Shown here: positions 19,537 to 29,471 of the stretch, in pieces
How positions within the stretch are numbered: position 1 is the stretch's first letter
How the letters are laid out: each line of letters starts with the position of its first letter
Assembly (NCBI GenBank): GCA_018663245.1
Contig: JABJEI010000029.1
Coordinates: 12,821-76,820 of the forward strand
DNA length: 64,000 nt
Source: a bacterium
GTDB taxonomy: Bacteria > Babelota > Babeliae > Babelales > JABJEI01
Direction: 5' to 3'
The notes under the pieces: model-generated
The model's input: only the letters and a program-made list of their open reading frames with translations
Told to the model about the DNA's origin: nothing
The model's database searches: none
Made by a program: the position numbers and the translations under genes

Positions 19537-20094
19537 TTAAGAATCATCCGACTGGAATAGGTCTTCTATTTTTTGGGCTGCGTCAAAAATAGCCTTCTCA
19601 ACAACCTCACTAGACTGCTTAAACCGCTGTAAAACATACTCATGCACATCTTCGCGTCGCGCAGGGCGCGAGACACCAACTCGCAACCGAGCTGCCTCAG
19701 GAGCAGCGTATTCAATCATCGAACGTATACCGTTATGACCGCGAGCACTACCACCCACACGCCACTTGCTAAGTCCAAACTCAAGGTCGAGCTCGTCATG
19801 CACAATAAGTACCTGTTCTTGCTGCACCCCTTGCTTAAAAAAGCTTTTTAGTACCTTGCCAGAATCATTCATAAACGTTTGTGGCTTAACCAACCAAACA
19901 TCGCGATCACCAAGCCTGGCAACAGCAACTTCCATAAGATCAGAAGATTTCCACGAGGCCCCAAGGCGATGCGCTAGCTCATCAAGGACCAAAAAGCCGA
20001 TATTGTGATGGGTATACTCAAAGCGAGGACCTGGATTGCCAAGGCCAACAATCAAACGAATGTTGCGTTGACGTATAATTTTTTCATTATTCAT
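19537..20094 (-). CDS. pth: Peptidyl-tRNA hydrolase
   Basis: LIVGLGNPG..Y..TRHNIGF-type motifs (VGLGNPGPRFEYTHHNIGF). I set the start at the ATG at 20094; the longer track ORF runs through the upstream gene's terminator hairpin. Confidence 0.92.
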   Translation of the reverse strand: MNNEKIIRQRNIRLIVGLGNPGPRFEYTHHNIGFLVLDELAHRLGASWKSSDLMEVAVARLGDRDVWLVKPQTFMNDSGKVLKSFFKQGVQQEQVLIVHDELDLEFGLSKWRVGGSARGHNGIRSMIEYAAPEAARLRVGVSRPARREDVHEYVLQRFKQSSEVVEKAIFDAAQKIEDLFQSDDS

Positions 20095-20120
20095 TGCAAA
20101 CTTTTGCTCCACACATAACA

Positions 20121-20160
20121 AAATAAAAAAGAGCCGGTGGATATGGGGTTCCACCGGCTC
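20121..20160 (-). terminator. Rho-independent terminator of the skp-like gene
   Basis: 11-bp stem gagccggtgga (20131-20141) / tccaccggctc (20150-20160). On the minus strand it is followed by TTTTTTATTTT. Confidence 0.8.
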
Positions 20161-20192
20161 GTCGATTTTTGTAGCTTGATATCTGTTACGCT

Positions 20193-20816
20193 TTACTTGC
20201 CTTTTGGCTTTGCCGGAGATGCTTTTACCTTTGTCGCGGCAGCCTTCTTAGCTTCAGCTTTTTTTTGCTGACCGTAAGAGTAATTCAACTCTTTGATCAA
20301 CTGATCAGTTACATCAAAGTCTGGGTGAACCCACCCACCAGCAAATGCTTCGACAACGGTCCAATTGCCAGATTTACCAACTTTTTGGCAAGCAGCTGAC
20401 AAATCTTTAGCAAACTTCTCTTGAGCCTTGTTTCCTTCTTCATACATAACGCGCTGACGCTCTTGCATCAAACGCATGTAAACATCGTTTGACTTCTTTT
20501 GGAACGCTTCGAGCTCTTTTTCTGCCGCTGCCTTTGCATCGTCCTTCATGGTCGATTGGGCGTTGCGTATCTCTTTTTCTTTTTTACCTAATTTTTCACT
20601 AATATCGCGAATTTGCGCATCTATTACAGCTGCTTTTTCCTTAACAGTTTGAGAAATGTCCTGGATAGAATCAAGTTTCTCAAACCCTGAAGGGTCAAAC
20701 TTGGCAACGCGCGAAGCTGGTTGCGCCGCTTTTGTTGCAGCAACTTCTGCTACAGCATCAAAAGATAAACCTGTAACCGCTAACAATAGAACTAAACTAA
20801 GCTGTTTTTTCATCAA
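20193..20816 (-). CDS. Skp/OmpH-like periplasmic chaperone
   Basis: Signal peptide, about 200 aa, Lys/Glu/Ala-rich coiled-coil body, which is typical OmpH architecture. The call rests on composition only. Confidence 0.5.
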   Translation of the reverse strand: MMKKQLSLVLLLAVTGLSFDAVAEVAATKAAQPASRVAKFDPSGFEKLDSIQDISQTVKEKAAVIDAQIRDISEKLGKKEKEIRNAQSTMKDDAKAAAEKELEAFQKKSNDVYMRLMQERQRVMYEEGNKAQEKFAKDLSAACQKVGKSGNWTVVEAFAGGWVHPDFDVTDQLIKELNYSYGQQKKAEAKKAAATKVKASPAKPKGK

Positions 20817-21010
20817 TATATTCCTTAAACTTTTTTATGAACTACCTTACAAAAAGTCGCATAGGCTCGCTAAGCACGAACCTTTACTCCGCAAAAACGT
20901 AACTTTTTTTTGTTAATCAGTCAACTCAGACGCAAGTTGCCCACAGACCTAATTTTGGTGATCTGCAGGCAACTTTTAAACAATATTGCGTGTTGAATAC
21001 AATTGATATT

Positions 21011-23224
21011 TTAGGCAAAAACACCTTGGCTAATCAAAATATCCATAGCAATGTTCTGATCCGATATTCCTGGAACCAGCGTATAGAAGTAGTGGATTGA
21101 CCCATCTTCATTCTTCTCGACAGTTACCTTATAATTGGCAAACTGCTCCGACCTGTCCTGCTCAAGACTTGTAATAAGCGGGAAGTGTGTTGCAATCATG
21201 CTGATACTATTAGACTTTTGGCCAAGCTGTGCAGCAAATTTATATCCAGCTCGAGCGCCAACTTCAGGGTCTGTCCCGGAGAATATCTCATCCATCAAGG
21301 TAAACGCAAATTGATTATGCTCTAGCTCATTAACCATGTCGACCAATTCCTTAGCCCGCTTTGCTTCAGCCATGAACAAAGAGTCTCCGCTAGAAATATC
21401 ATCGGTAATGTTAAGATGTGTTGCCAGTCGAGAGAACGGTGTAATAACAGCCGATGCCGCAGGTGAAATACCAAACGACTGTGCCAACAAAGCATTAATC
21501 ATTACAGACTTTAGTGAAGTTGATTTACCACCAGCATTTGGACCGGTAATAATCATGTTCTGCTGCTTGTCGTTACCAAGTGCGATATTATTAGAAACCA
21601 CAACTCCAGAATCTATAAATGGATTCCAAGCACCCTGTAAATCAATAACAGGCCGTGATTCCTGAACAAAGTCAACAAAACAGTAACCTGAAGATAAATC
21701 TGCGTGCTCTTGGTAAAGCTTGGCAATCGAAAGATAAGCATCTACCCGACCAACAGCTTCCATGACCTGAACTAAATCATTCTTCACAGATTCCATTAAT
21801 TTATGTGCTTTTAACACTCGACCTTGCCACGAGAGAGCCGAAGGCTGACCTTCAAATGTATGGGTATCCAAAGTCTTCATTAGCTGATCAAACTCATACG
21901 AACCATCTTCAAGGCGCCTGACTACAATCTCAAGCTGTTCTGACCCAACAACGGTAGCTAGCTCTGGTGTACGATCAATAATGTACGAGATTGAACGAGC
22001 AGAGCGTACAAATTTAGCCAACTCAATGAGGCGACTTTGCAGGTACTGCCTGATACGCATGCGCTCAAGTTCAGCCGTAACTACTATTTTTGCAGGCTTG
22101 TAATAATAAAAATAAACACCAGCACTCACCGCGGCTACTATCGCAGACACTCCACCGGCGATCAACAACTTCTTTTTAGCTGGAATTCCAGATAGCTTCT
22201 TGAACATGCCCATCTTACTATTAACAAATTTATAGGCATTTCTTACGGGACGCGCCGTAACAAGACCTTTTAATCTATCTTTAAAAACAGAGCCCACAGT
22301 TGGAATTTCACTAAATATTTTTCTCGATTCTTCAGTGCTAGCAATAAACGCTTCTCTCTCAAATTCATTGTCAATGCTAGCAGCAGCTTTTTCAAAAAAT
22401 TTCAATACAATATGGGACATACCCTTTGAAACAGCCGTATTTAATGTTGGCAAAGCAACATAAGCTATGGGTGGCATTCCAACCATACCTACCACACTTA
22501 GTTGCGGACCCCTAACACCAACCTCACAACCAAACAAAGACTTATTAAGACGCTTCTTTAAGCCCTTAAACCACTTACCTGACCAATAAACCTTCTCCAA
22601 AGATTTTTCTCTAAAATCCGTTGTTGGCTTCCAGAACGAGAGCACTGTCTCCTGTACGCCAGCAATATCATTCAAAGCCGCATCAAGCTCATCAAAGCTC
22701 TGTGTGCTATCAAGAAAATGTCGCACAAGCGCCTGACGGCCTCGCAAAAGCTGAATGTCACTGATAGGAGCAGCTAGAATATGTGCTAAAGCAGCTTTGC
22801 CAAAAATTGTGTTTGTCCTGTCAAGACGCGACAGCAAGTGTACGCTTGCATCGTCACCAGAGCCACAAAACAGCTCCAAATCTTTCCATACATTTTTATT
22901 TAGGACTTTAGACTGCTGCTTACTACCAAACATACTAAACAGCTCAAAAACAACTCGTGTCTGATCAAGTTCAGACAATGAATCCATGCCATCGGCGACA
23001 AATGCCTTATTATCTTCTTTTTGTTCTTGACTATGCTGTACAAACGACGTTGCACCAGCACCAAGCAAGCCTAGAGACTTGGCATACAAGTCGGCAATAT
23101 CACCATACATATTACGCGCAACCGGAGCAGCTACGCTATCAGCCCTGACCATAGCCGGTGTTATACATAAAGTTATAGCTAAAAAAACAGGAATAGCCCT
23201 GCTAAAGTGATTAGTTAAAAACAT
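21011..23224 (-). CDS. MutS-family ATPase (domain V) with signal/TM segments and no mismatch-recognition domain
   Basis: Walker A ITGPNAGGKST, Walker B LMDEIFSGTD, MutS signature STHF-like (IATHFPL). N-terminal signal-like segment and internal TM LLIAGGVSAIVAAVSAGVYFYYY. Confidence 0.8.
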   Translation of the reverse strand: MFLTNHFSRAIPVFLAITLCITPAMVRADSVAAPVARNMYGDIADLYAKSLGLLGAGATSFVQHSQEQKEDNKAFVADGMDSLSELDQTRVVFELFSMFGSKQQSKVLNKNVWKDLELFCGSGDDASVHLLSRLDRTNTIFGKAALAHILAAPISDIQLLRGRQALVRHFLDSTQSFDELDAALNDIAGVQETVLSFWKPTTDFREKSLEKVYWSGKWFKGLKKRLNKSLFGCEVGVRGPQLSVVGMVGMPPIAYVALPTLNTAVSKGMSHIVLKFFEKAAASIDNEFEREAFIASTEESRKIFSEIPTVGSVFKDRLKGLVTARPVRNAYKFVNSKMGMFKKLSGIPAKKKLLIAGGVSAIVAAVSAGVYFYYYKPAKIVVTAELERMRIRQYLQSRLIELAKFVRSARSISYIIDRTPELATVVGSEQLEIVVRRLEDGSYEFDQLMKTLDTHTFEGQPSALSWQGRVLKAHKLMESVKNDLVQVMEAVGRVDAYLSIAKLYQEHADLSSGYCFVDFVQESRPVIDLQGAWNPFIDSGVVVSNNIALGNDKQQNMIITGPNAGGKSTSLKSVMINALLAQSFGISPAASAVITPFSRLATHLNITDDISSGDSLFMAEAKRAKELVDMVNELEHNQFAFTLMDEIFSGTDPEVGARAGYKFAAQLGQKSNSISMIATHFPLITSLEQDRSEQFANYKVTVEKNEDGSIHYFYTLVPGISDQNIAMDILISQGVFA

Positions 23225-23383
23225 TGATTACCTATGATAAAATTTTAAAAAGTATACAAATGCACACAATAAAACCGTATCACACACAAAAAAACAATCA
23301 ACCGCCTACAGCGCAACATTTAGCAAAAAAATGAATGTCAGAAATTAAGCTTACAAGGGAAAGCTTAGAACTATTTTGCACAC

Positions 23384-23418
23384 AAAAAAGGTGCGGTTGG
23401 ACTTTCCAACCGCACCTT
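23384..23418 (-). terminator. Rho-independent terminator of 23445..24287
   Basis: 13-bp perfect stem aaggtgcggttgg (23388-23400) / ccaaccgcacctt (23406-23418). On the minus strand it is followed by TTTTTT. Confidence 0.8.
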
Positions 23419-23444
23419 AAAATTTAACCGAAACGGTAAGTGGG

Positions 23445-24287
23445 TTAAGCCACTACCTCTTCAAGGCCAACGACCTCTACAGCTTCCAGCTCTTCTGAAA
23501 CAGCCTGGGCAGCAACCTTGTGCAGGTTAACAACTAGGCGTGTTTGTACGGAATTCATCATCTTAACAAGTGAATCAACAACAAATCGTAGGTCTTGTTC
23601 ATCTGCGCCCTCTTGCGAGCGTAGATTTAAAATTCCTGCTGCATGTTGAATTACAACTCCCCATGATTCTGTGGTCATTCCTTCTGGACGTTCTAGCAAA
23701 ATACCAACCTGAACCAAATCAATATCGGACGCTTTAACATCCAATGCACTTAGATCTCGCTCGCTCAAGTTAGGAACCAGCAAGCTTGTTGCTTGCTCAT
23801 CAACTGATGGAGTGAGTTGTGATTGCTCAAAAGATTCTGTTGACTCTTGCGGCGACAATGTCGAATCGCTTTGAGCTGCAACTTCTGCTTGGGCTGCAAC
23901 ATCAACTAAAGCCAAGTTCATCTTCAAAAAAGAACTAGCGCTAGTCATCATCTGGTATAGCGAATCAGCAATGTAATCAATTGGATCTTGATCTTTTGCG
24001 TCCTGAGTGAACGAACTCAAACTGTTCATTGTCTGAGCACGAGCAACAACAGCTTCCCACAAAGCAGGATCTGCACCCAGAGTAGGGACAGCATCCAACT
24101 CTACGGCAATCCCAGAAATCTGGTCAAAAGTAATTTCTCTGGTTGCAGTCTGAGCATCTTGCGCAGCCGACTCTTCCAAAGTTACTTCACTTTTTGCAGT
24201 AGACAAGCGATCTTCCATAGACGTCATTGGTCCTGCAAACTGTATAGCCGGAATCAATAAAACTAATGACAATACTACTTTTTTCAT
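23445..24287 (-). CDS. Hypothetical secreted acidic protein with two internal repeats
   Basis: GGAG RBS before the ATG at 24287 and an MKKVVLSLVLLIPAIQFA signal. Two roughly 60-80-aa repeats share W..V(V/I)....D(Q/E)D...(I/V)xDSLxxMMxS....L..NL..VAAQA. Confidence 0.55.
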   Translation of the reverse strand: MKKVVLSLVLLIPAIQFAGPMTSMEDRLSTAKSEVTLEESAAQDAQTATREITFDQISGIAVELDAVPTLGADPALWEAVVARAQTMNSLSSFTQDAKDQDPIDYIADSLYQMMTSASSFLKMNLALVDVAAQAEVAAQSDSTLSPQESTESFEQSQLTPSVDEQATSLLVPNLSERDLSALDVKASDIDLVQVGILLERPEGMTTESWGVVIQHAAGILNLRSQEGADEQDLRFVVDSLVKMMNSVQTRLVVNLHKVAAQAVSEELEAVEVVGLEEVVA

Positions 24288-24477
24288 CACGCACTCCAAT
24301 ATTGGATTATATAAAATGTAAACTATAACACTTTATCGCAGTATAACCTGCCATGCGTGATTTGCAACTCAGGCAAAAAACCTATTCTGTACAACAAAAA
24401 ACCATTCTATTGCTATCAAAGAAGCAACTTTGTTATTGTAATAATAGAAATTAAATGCCATTAAATAAGAGTGTATC

Positions 24478-25026
24478 ATGTCGACAAAGAATTTTTTGTA
24501 CCTACTATCGCTAAGCTTCTTAGTTGCGCAAGTATTAACTCTATATGCCCCTGAAAACTTAACCGCCCTCGAATGGCTAGAGAAGTCAGAAAAAGAGATG
24601 GATCAGCAGATCAAAGAGTCAGACCTTTTACTCGAATTAGTACAAAGCACCACATCCAAGCAAGAACAAGAAGAGCAAATAAAAATTCGCCTTGTAGGGC
24701 TGATATATGAACAATTAAAGCGCAAAGTTGAACGTAAAAAAGCTAGAGAAGTACAATTAAAAAATCTAAGTAAACGAATAGCATACAATGCCTTAAAGGG
24801 TGCACAAAAAGAGCTACGCGTAGAAAAAATATTGGACGAGGCTCTCGCTGAATTTGATTATGAAGAGCCTGAAGCAAATAATGATCAAACAAAGATCAAC
24901 CGAAAGCCACCAAAAGCGCCCGACATAGCAGAAATTCTTTCACAAACATCCGAATACCGCCCATCATGGAAAAGTAAAATTGAATCTGGTATAGCCTGGA
25001 TAACAAAAAAACTTAAACTTAGCTAA
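24478..25026 (+). CDS. Hypothetical secreted coiled-coil protein
   Basis: Signal-like N-terminus followed by a Lys/Glu-rich helical sequence. Confidence 0.45.
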   Translation: MSTKNFLYLLSLSFLVAQVLTLYAPENLTALEWLEKSEKEMDQQIKESDLLLELVQSTTSKQEQEEQIKIRLVGLIYEQLKRKVERKKAREVQLKNLSKRIAYNALKGAQKELRVEKILDEALAEFDYEEPEANNDQTKINRKPPKAPDIAEILSQTSEYRPSWKSKIESGIAWITKKLKLS

Positions 25027-25636
25027 GTTGCACCTCAAGCACCTTGCCAATATTACTTAAATCCCCAAACAAACAAATCGGGTCCATAGCCTCAATCTCA
25101 TCCATGTACGGTAGGCCACTTGGCATGCCATTTAACAAGAAAATTATCTTATGATTGACGTACGCTTGCCCCATTTCGATGAGCACATTACCGCCAATGT
25201 AATTTTTTATTCCATTTTTTTCTGAGTTAACAAAGAGAATGGCATCACTCTCTAGAATTCTTTTGTAATGCTCACAGAAGTAGTCATTCTCTCTCTTCAG
25301 CGCCGCTTCTTCACCATTATTACGACGATAGAGATGGTCTTTCATCTCTCCCCTAACATATGCTTCGTAGTGGGGATGAATCCAACCGTCAAATCCCAGA
25401 GAACAAAGTTTATTTTTTGAATCAACCATCTCCTCCGTAAAGCTTGTACTGCCCAAAACATAGATCTTAACCTGAGATGAGATTGACCGCACGACAATGC
25501 CGTTTTTAGGTACAATTGATACTTCCAAAGCTTTCTTACTTTTTGATGAAGGCAAACTCTTATCAAGCACAACTCCAACTACATTAAATTGCAAAGCAAA
25601 TACCAGCAAAGCAAGATATAATTTCATCATTTTCAT
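25019..25636 (-). CDS. Hypothetical secreted protein; weak resemblance to the nucleoside 2-deoxyribosyltransferase-like fold
   Basis: MKMMKLYLALLVFAL signal. IYVLGS..., ILFVN... and GGNVLIEMGQAYVNHKIIFLL resemble the ..GT.fE.G.A...KP.. pattern. The functional call is tentative. Confidence 0.35.
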   Translation of the reverse strand: MKMMKLYLALLVFALQFNVVGVVLDKSLPSSKSKKALEVSIVPKNGIVVRSISSQVKIYVLGSTSFTEEMVDSKNKLCSLGFDGWIHPHYEAYVRGEMKDHLYRRNNGEEAALKRENDYFCEHYKRILESDAILFVNSEKNGIKNYIGGNVLIEMGQAYVNHKIIFLLNGMPSGLPYMDEIEAMDPICLFGDLSNIGKVLEVQLS

Positions 25637-25878
25637 CGAATACTCCTCAGGCCTCGCGCGCTTATCATTATGGCGCAATACCGCGCCTAACTACCAAAAA
25701 CCAAGATAATTTTACTTCGCCAAAACAATAAGAACAAGAAATTAAGATAGATATTCAAAATGTAAAACAAAAAACCCACGAAAGTGTGGATACAAGAAAA
25801 GTTTGCACACAAATGCTAGCGGAGGAAAATCCCTGCTAGCCTTAAATAAAACTAATTAACAAAAATCATTAAAAAGTC

Positions 25879-25911
25879 TGGCCTGCCGGGCGAAGCTCAA
25901 AGAGCGAAGCC
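25879..25911 (-). repeat. 33-nt 3'-flank motif, copy 1 (abuts the tmRNA CCA end)
   Basis: The plus-strand sequence tggcctgccgggcgaagctcaaagagcgaagcc shares tggcctgccgggcg...a.a..agcc with 30538-30570. Confidence 0.4.
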
Positions 25912-26316
25912 TGGTGGAGGCGATGGGAATCGAACCCATGTCCGCACTAACTTAGATACACAGCCCTACATGCTTAGTCTTTAATTAATACGTGCAATAC
26001 CTCTGTAAAGACACAGAGTATATACTGCACGTCAGCTTCGTATACACAACCAGGTTACGCAGCTAAAAAACCTTGCCTGGTGCGACCTATCTAAAAGTTA
26101 CACGTAAACAGTGCGGATAGATGCACCTCTGTTTACGCGTAAACCCGAATAATGCGGGTCTACTGCAAAGGTTAGCTTACGCTTTTACGCGAGAGCAACC
26201 CCCACAGGTTGAGACTGATTGCCAGTTCAAAAATGAATGCTTGTTTTACGAGCACACATACAACGCTCGGCATGCTCCGTACACCCTTGCCAACACGTCG
26301 AAGCCAGTACGCCCCC
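25912..26316 (-). ncRNA. ssrA: tmRNA (SsrA)
   Basis: The minus strand starts GGGGGCGUACUGGCUUCGACG and ends GGGUUCGAUUCCCAUCGCCUCCACCA. The acceptor stem GGGGGCG/CGCCUCC includes the G3:U pair. The candidate tag frame at 26223..26185 encodes GNQSQPVGVALA then stop. smpB lies adjacent. Confidence 0.9.
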
Positions 26317-26465
26317 GGAATGTTTAACATCTGGTACGATGATAATCAAAGATCAATTTATTCAAATTGTGCCTACAGTAACCTGATATAAACAGATTTG
26401 TTCAACACAATTATTATACTTTATAGTTTACCACATACGGTCTAATTTTTCCAATATTAGCAGGA

Positions 26466-26924
26466 TCAGTCACGTGTAACATTTTTGAGGTCACGCTTAG
26501 TCTCGCGGTCAATATCACGATCTTTGAGCAGTTGGCGCTTGTCATGCTTTTTGCGAGCCTTACAAAGCCCGATTTCCACCTTGACCAGACTTTTTTTGTT
26601 GAAGTACATTTTAAGCGGGACGATAGTAATACCACGACGAGCAACTGCCATTGTCAGTTGATTTATCTGCTTACGACTCAGCAGCAACTTTCTGCGCCTG
26701 TCTCCAGAGTCGTTAGTCTTGTCATACGCAAACTGGTAGGGGACAATGATAACGTTAACCATAAACAGCTCACCCTCACGCTCGTGAGCAAAGGCTCCGC
26801 TCATCGATACGTTCCCAGAGCGCAAAGACTTAACCTCGTCACCGGTAAGCACAAGGCCTGCCTCAATAGTTTCCAAAATCTGGTAATCAAAAAAAGCTTT
26901 TTTGTTCTTGGCAATTATCTTCAT
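26466..26924 (-). CDS. smpB: SsrA-binding protein SmpB
   Basis: IAKNKKAFFDYQILETIEAGLVLTGDEVKSLR and a C-terminal basic tail; adjacent to ssrA. Confidence 0.95.
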   Translation of the reverse strand: MKIIAKNKKAFFDYQILETIEAGLVLTGDEVKSLRSGNVSMSGAFAHEREGELFMVNVIIVPYQFAYDKTNDSGDRRRKLLLSRKQINQLTMAVARRGITIVPLKMYFNKKSLVKVEIGLCKARKKHDKRQLLKDRDIDRETKRDLKNVTRD

Positions 26925-27421
26925 ATAATCTCTCGCTTCCTTGAACGTCTGATCCCATTAATAATAGCACCAAACACCGGTCGCATTACAGGGTAAAGCA
27001 GCACCGCCAAAAAAATACCGGAAAGGAGACTACCTACCAAAAATGACCATACCGAAAAATGAGTACTAGCATGCTTGGCAACCCAGGTTGTGCTCAACCA
27101 GTCATTAAAATGCGTCATCCAAACAGGATTATACCTGGCCACATCGATCTTTAGCAAGTCAACCAGAACCAGGTGCCCCAAAAAATATTGAGCTCCGACA
27201 ATTGCACACATCGTAAGCGGATTATTAAAAAGATATAAAGTTGCAACCACAACGGCAACGTTAAGACCAAACAGCCAAGGAATACCAAAGGCCATGAGTG
27301 TATGAATGCCCCAAAATGGTGAAAACGCAATAAAAACGCCTAAGCAAAAAGAAAGCGTCAAGCGCTTAACGCTCAGCTCTTTTTTCGCTATTTTTTTAAA
27401 AAAACGTTTAAATATTTGCAC
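26921..27421 (-). CDS. DUF2062-family membrane protein
   Basis: A basic N-terminus followed by LSFCLGVFIAFSPFWGIHT and several TM helices. It has a 4-nt ATGA overlap with smpB. Confidence 0.55.
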   Translation of the reverse strand: MQIFKRFFKKIAKKELSVKRLTLSFCLGVFIAFSPFWGIHTLMAFGIPWLFGLNVAVVVATLYLFNNPLTMCAIVGAQYFLGHLVLVDLLKIDVARYNPVWMTHFNDWLSTTWVAKHASTHFSVWSFLVGSLLSGIFLAVLLYPVMRPVFGAIINGIRRSRKREII

Positions 27422-27537
27422 GCCAAAACTCCTGCCCTACATTGATGTAATGCGTACGTCTTCTTTCATAAAGCACTTTACTGTACACTAGATATGGTAT
27501 CATATTTTATAAAATACCCGTAACGAAAAGGAATAAG

Positions 27538-28203
27538 ATGACTTATCGATTAACTACAATACTCCTAATCGGCTCCTTGTGGGCAGCAGGTACTGGCGCC
27601 CAAGACAAACCGGATGCTGCCACACCTACCACACAAGAACGCCGCGTACTGCACGTAGGTGCAATTACTTGCCAAGGAGACACTAATCCTCTCTTAAGCA
27701 ACGTTGTTTACCACTCCGGCCAGAGAAGCAGCTTTTATAACAACACGTTTACTTTTTTTGTGCCTGATACAGCCAGCTGCATTAACAAAATTATTGTCAC
27801 CAAGTCGTACACACCGCGTTTAAGCAGTACCAGCATCATCCGCTCCATGCGTGTAGCGACTCCCTACCTAGAGATTCAACTAGAACGCACCATCGACACA
27901 CAAGCGGGCACAACAAGCTGGCAAATAACGCCAACAATGCACACCACGCCTTACACAATACGTGAGAACGACCCAGCCCTGGTTATTCTTGCAGACCCAC
28001 TCCTGGTGGACACGGACGCACTCAGTGCCCCTGTTTGGGAGCTAGAGCATGCAGCAATAAAACTGCCAACCATTCCGTTCAAAGATGATTCATCACAAAA
28101 TGATAAACACGAGCTGGATGCCGCGCTTGCAACCATGGAAGCAATTAACACTCGCACCTTCCATGCACTACAGGCAAACGACACAGCCCTAGAGTCTTTG
28201 TAG
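27538..28203 (+). CDS. Hypothetical secreted protein
   Basis: Signal peptide LLIGSLWAAGTGA; no recognisable motif. Confidence 0.45.
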   Translation: MTYRLTTILLIGSLWAAGTGAQDKPDAATPTTQERRVLHVGAITCQGDTNPLLSNVVYHSGQRSSFYNNTFTFFVPDTASCINKIIVTKSYTPRLSSTSIIRSMRVATPYLEIQLERTIDTQAGTTSWQITPTMHTTPYTIRENDPALVILADPLLVDTDALSAPVWELEHAAIKLPTIPFKDDSSQNDKHELDAALATMEAINTRTFHALQANDTALESL

Positions 28204-28209
28204 AAGCCT

Positions 28210-29235
28210 ATGAACAATCGCCTAACGCTTGGCATAGAAACATCCTGTGACGAGACTGCAGCAGCAATTTACTCGAGCTCAGCTGGTGTACTTTCTAGCA
28301 ATATCTACTCACAACGTGAGCATGCTAAGTACGGTGGCGTAGTGCCAGAGCAGTCATCAAGGTCACACATCGAGAAAATAAACAGCATAGTCCAAGGCGC
28401 TCTGGATCAAGCAAATGTAAATTTGGATGACATCGACACAGTAGCAGTCACCAACAAGCCGGGTCTTTCAGGCTCACTTTTGGTCGGTCTCAGCTTTGCC
28501 AAAGCAATCGCATATGCAAAAAATAAAAAACTTGTTGGCGTCAACCACCTTGAAGGGCACCTGTTTTCGCCCTTTCTTGAGAACCCAAACATACCATTCC
28601 CACATATTGCATTGACTGTTTCTGGCGGACACACCTCGATTTATCTGGTCACCGGAATGGGCCAATACCAAACACTTGGCACAACCATGGATGACGCAGC
28701 TGGTGAGGCTTTTGACAAAATTGCACGCATGCTAGGCTTTGATTACCCTGGCGGACCCGACATCGAACGACTGGCAAAACAGGCTGGCTTTGTTGATTAC
28801 TTTAATTACCCTCGCCCACATTCCAAAACACTAGACTTCAGCTTCTCTGGCCTCAAAACAGCTGTTATGTACGACATGGTCAAACGAGGCATGTACGACA
28901 TGCAAAGCAAAAAACTACTACCCGGCACAGACCCCAAGCTGATTGAGCAAGTTGCAAGCTCACTACTTGTCTGCATAACCGACCTGTTTGCAACAAAACT
29001 AAAAACCGCACTCAAAGCCTACCCTGAAGTACAAGCAATCACCTTTGCTGGTGGAGTAGCTTGCAACAAATACATCACCAAAGTGTTAAAGGCTTTTTGC
29101 ACAAAGCGTGGCCGAAGCTTCTTCGTGCCCTCCCGCAAATATTGCACTGACAACGCCGCGATGATCGCCTACGTCGGCAACTTCAAAGCCGAACAAGGCA
29201 AATTCGACTCAATAGATCTAGATATATTCGTATAA
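28210..29235 (+). CDS. tsaD: tRNA N6-adenosine threonylcarbamoyltransferase TsaD (Kae1/Gcp)
   Basis: LGIETSCDETAAAIY, NHLEGH, SGGHT and a C-terminal CTDNAAMIA. Confidence 0.95.
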   Translation: MNNRLTLGIETSCDETAAAIYSSSAGVLSSNIYSQREHAKYGGVVPEQSSRSHIEKINSIVQGALDQANVNLDDIDTVAVTNKPGLSGSLLVGLSFAKAIAYAKNKKLVGVNHLEGHLFSPFLENPNIPFPHIALTVSGGHTSIYLVTGMGQYQTLGTTMDDAAGEAFDKIARMLGFDYPGGPDIERLAKQAGFVDYFNYPRPHSKTLDFSFSGLKTAVMYDMVKRGMYDMQSKKLLPGTDPKLIEQVASSLLVCITDLFATKLKTALKAYPEVQAITFAGGVACNKYITKVLKAFCTKRGRSFFVPSRKYCTDNAAMIAYVGNFKAEQGKFDSIDLDIFV

Positions 29236-29249
29236 ATTATCAAGCAAAA

Positions 29250-29471
29250 CTTACAAACCCTTAACAATTATACAGCCCAACAATCGCCCCGCATTTTAAA
29301 TCCATTGTGCAAAATTATTGCAATTAGAATAGTAAACAGTTTATCATAAGAATACGGGAAGGACCAAAGTGGTCTTTCTAAATAACATAATCTCATGAAG
29401 GAGATATCATGAAGAAACAATTATTCGTTGCCCTTTTGATGGCAACAGGACTCATCGTTAATGCTCAGGCA
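29250..29471 (+). repeat. Duplicated promoter/5'UTR/signal-peptide module, copy 1
   Basis: About 220 nt nearly identical to 29991-30213. It spans ttgcaattagaatagtaaa, a conserved hairpin gaaggacc-aaagt-ggtctttc, the RBS aaggagatatc, and the codons for MKKQLFVALLMATGLIVNAQA. Confidence 0.85.

Noticed and set aside
25815-25845. gctagcggaggaaaatccctgctagcc, which resembles the RNase P RNA GAGGAAAGUCC motif.
   Set aside because: It is only a short hairpin. None of the other conserved RNase P helices or the required length is present in this 230-bp spacer.
26121-26391. Plus-strand ORFs 26121..26327 and 26209..26391.
   Set aside because: They lie on the opposite strand of the tmRNA gene (25912..26316), whose termini and tag frame explain the sequence.
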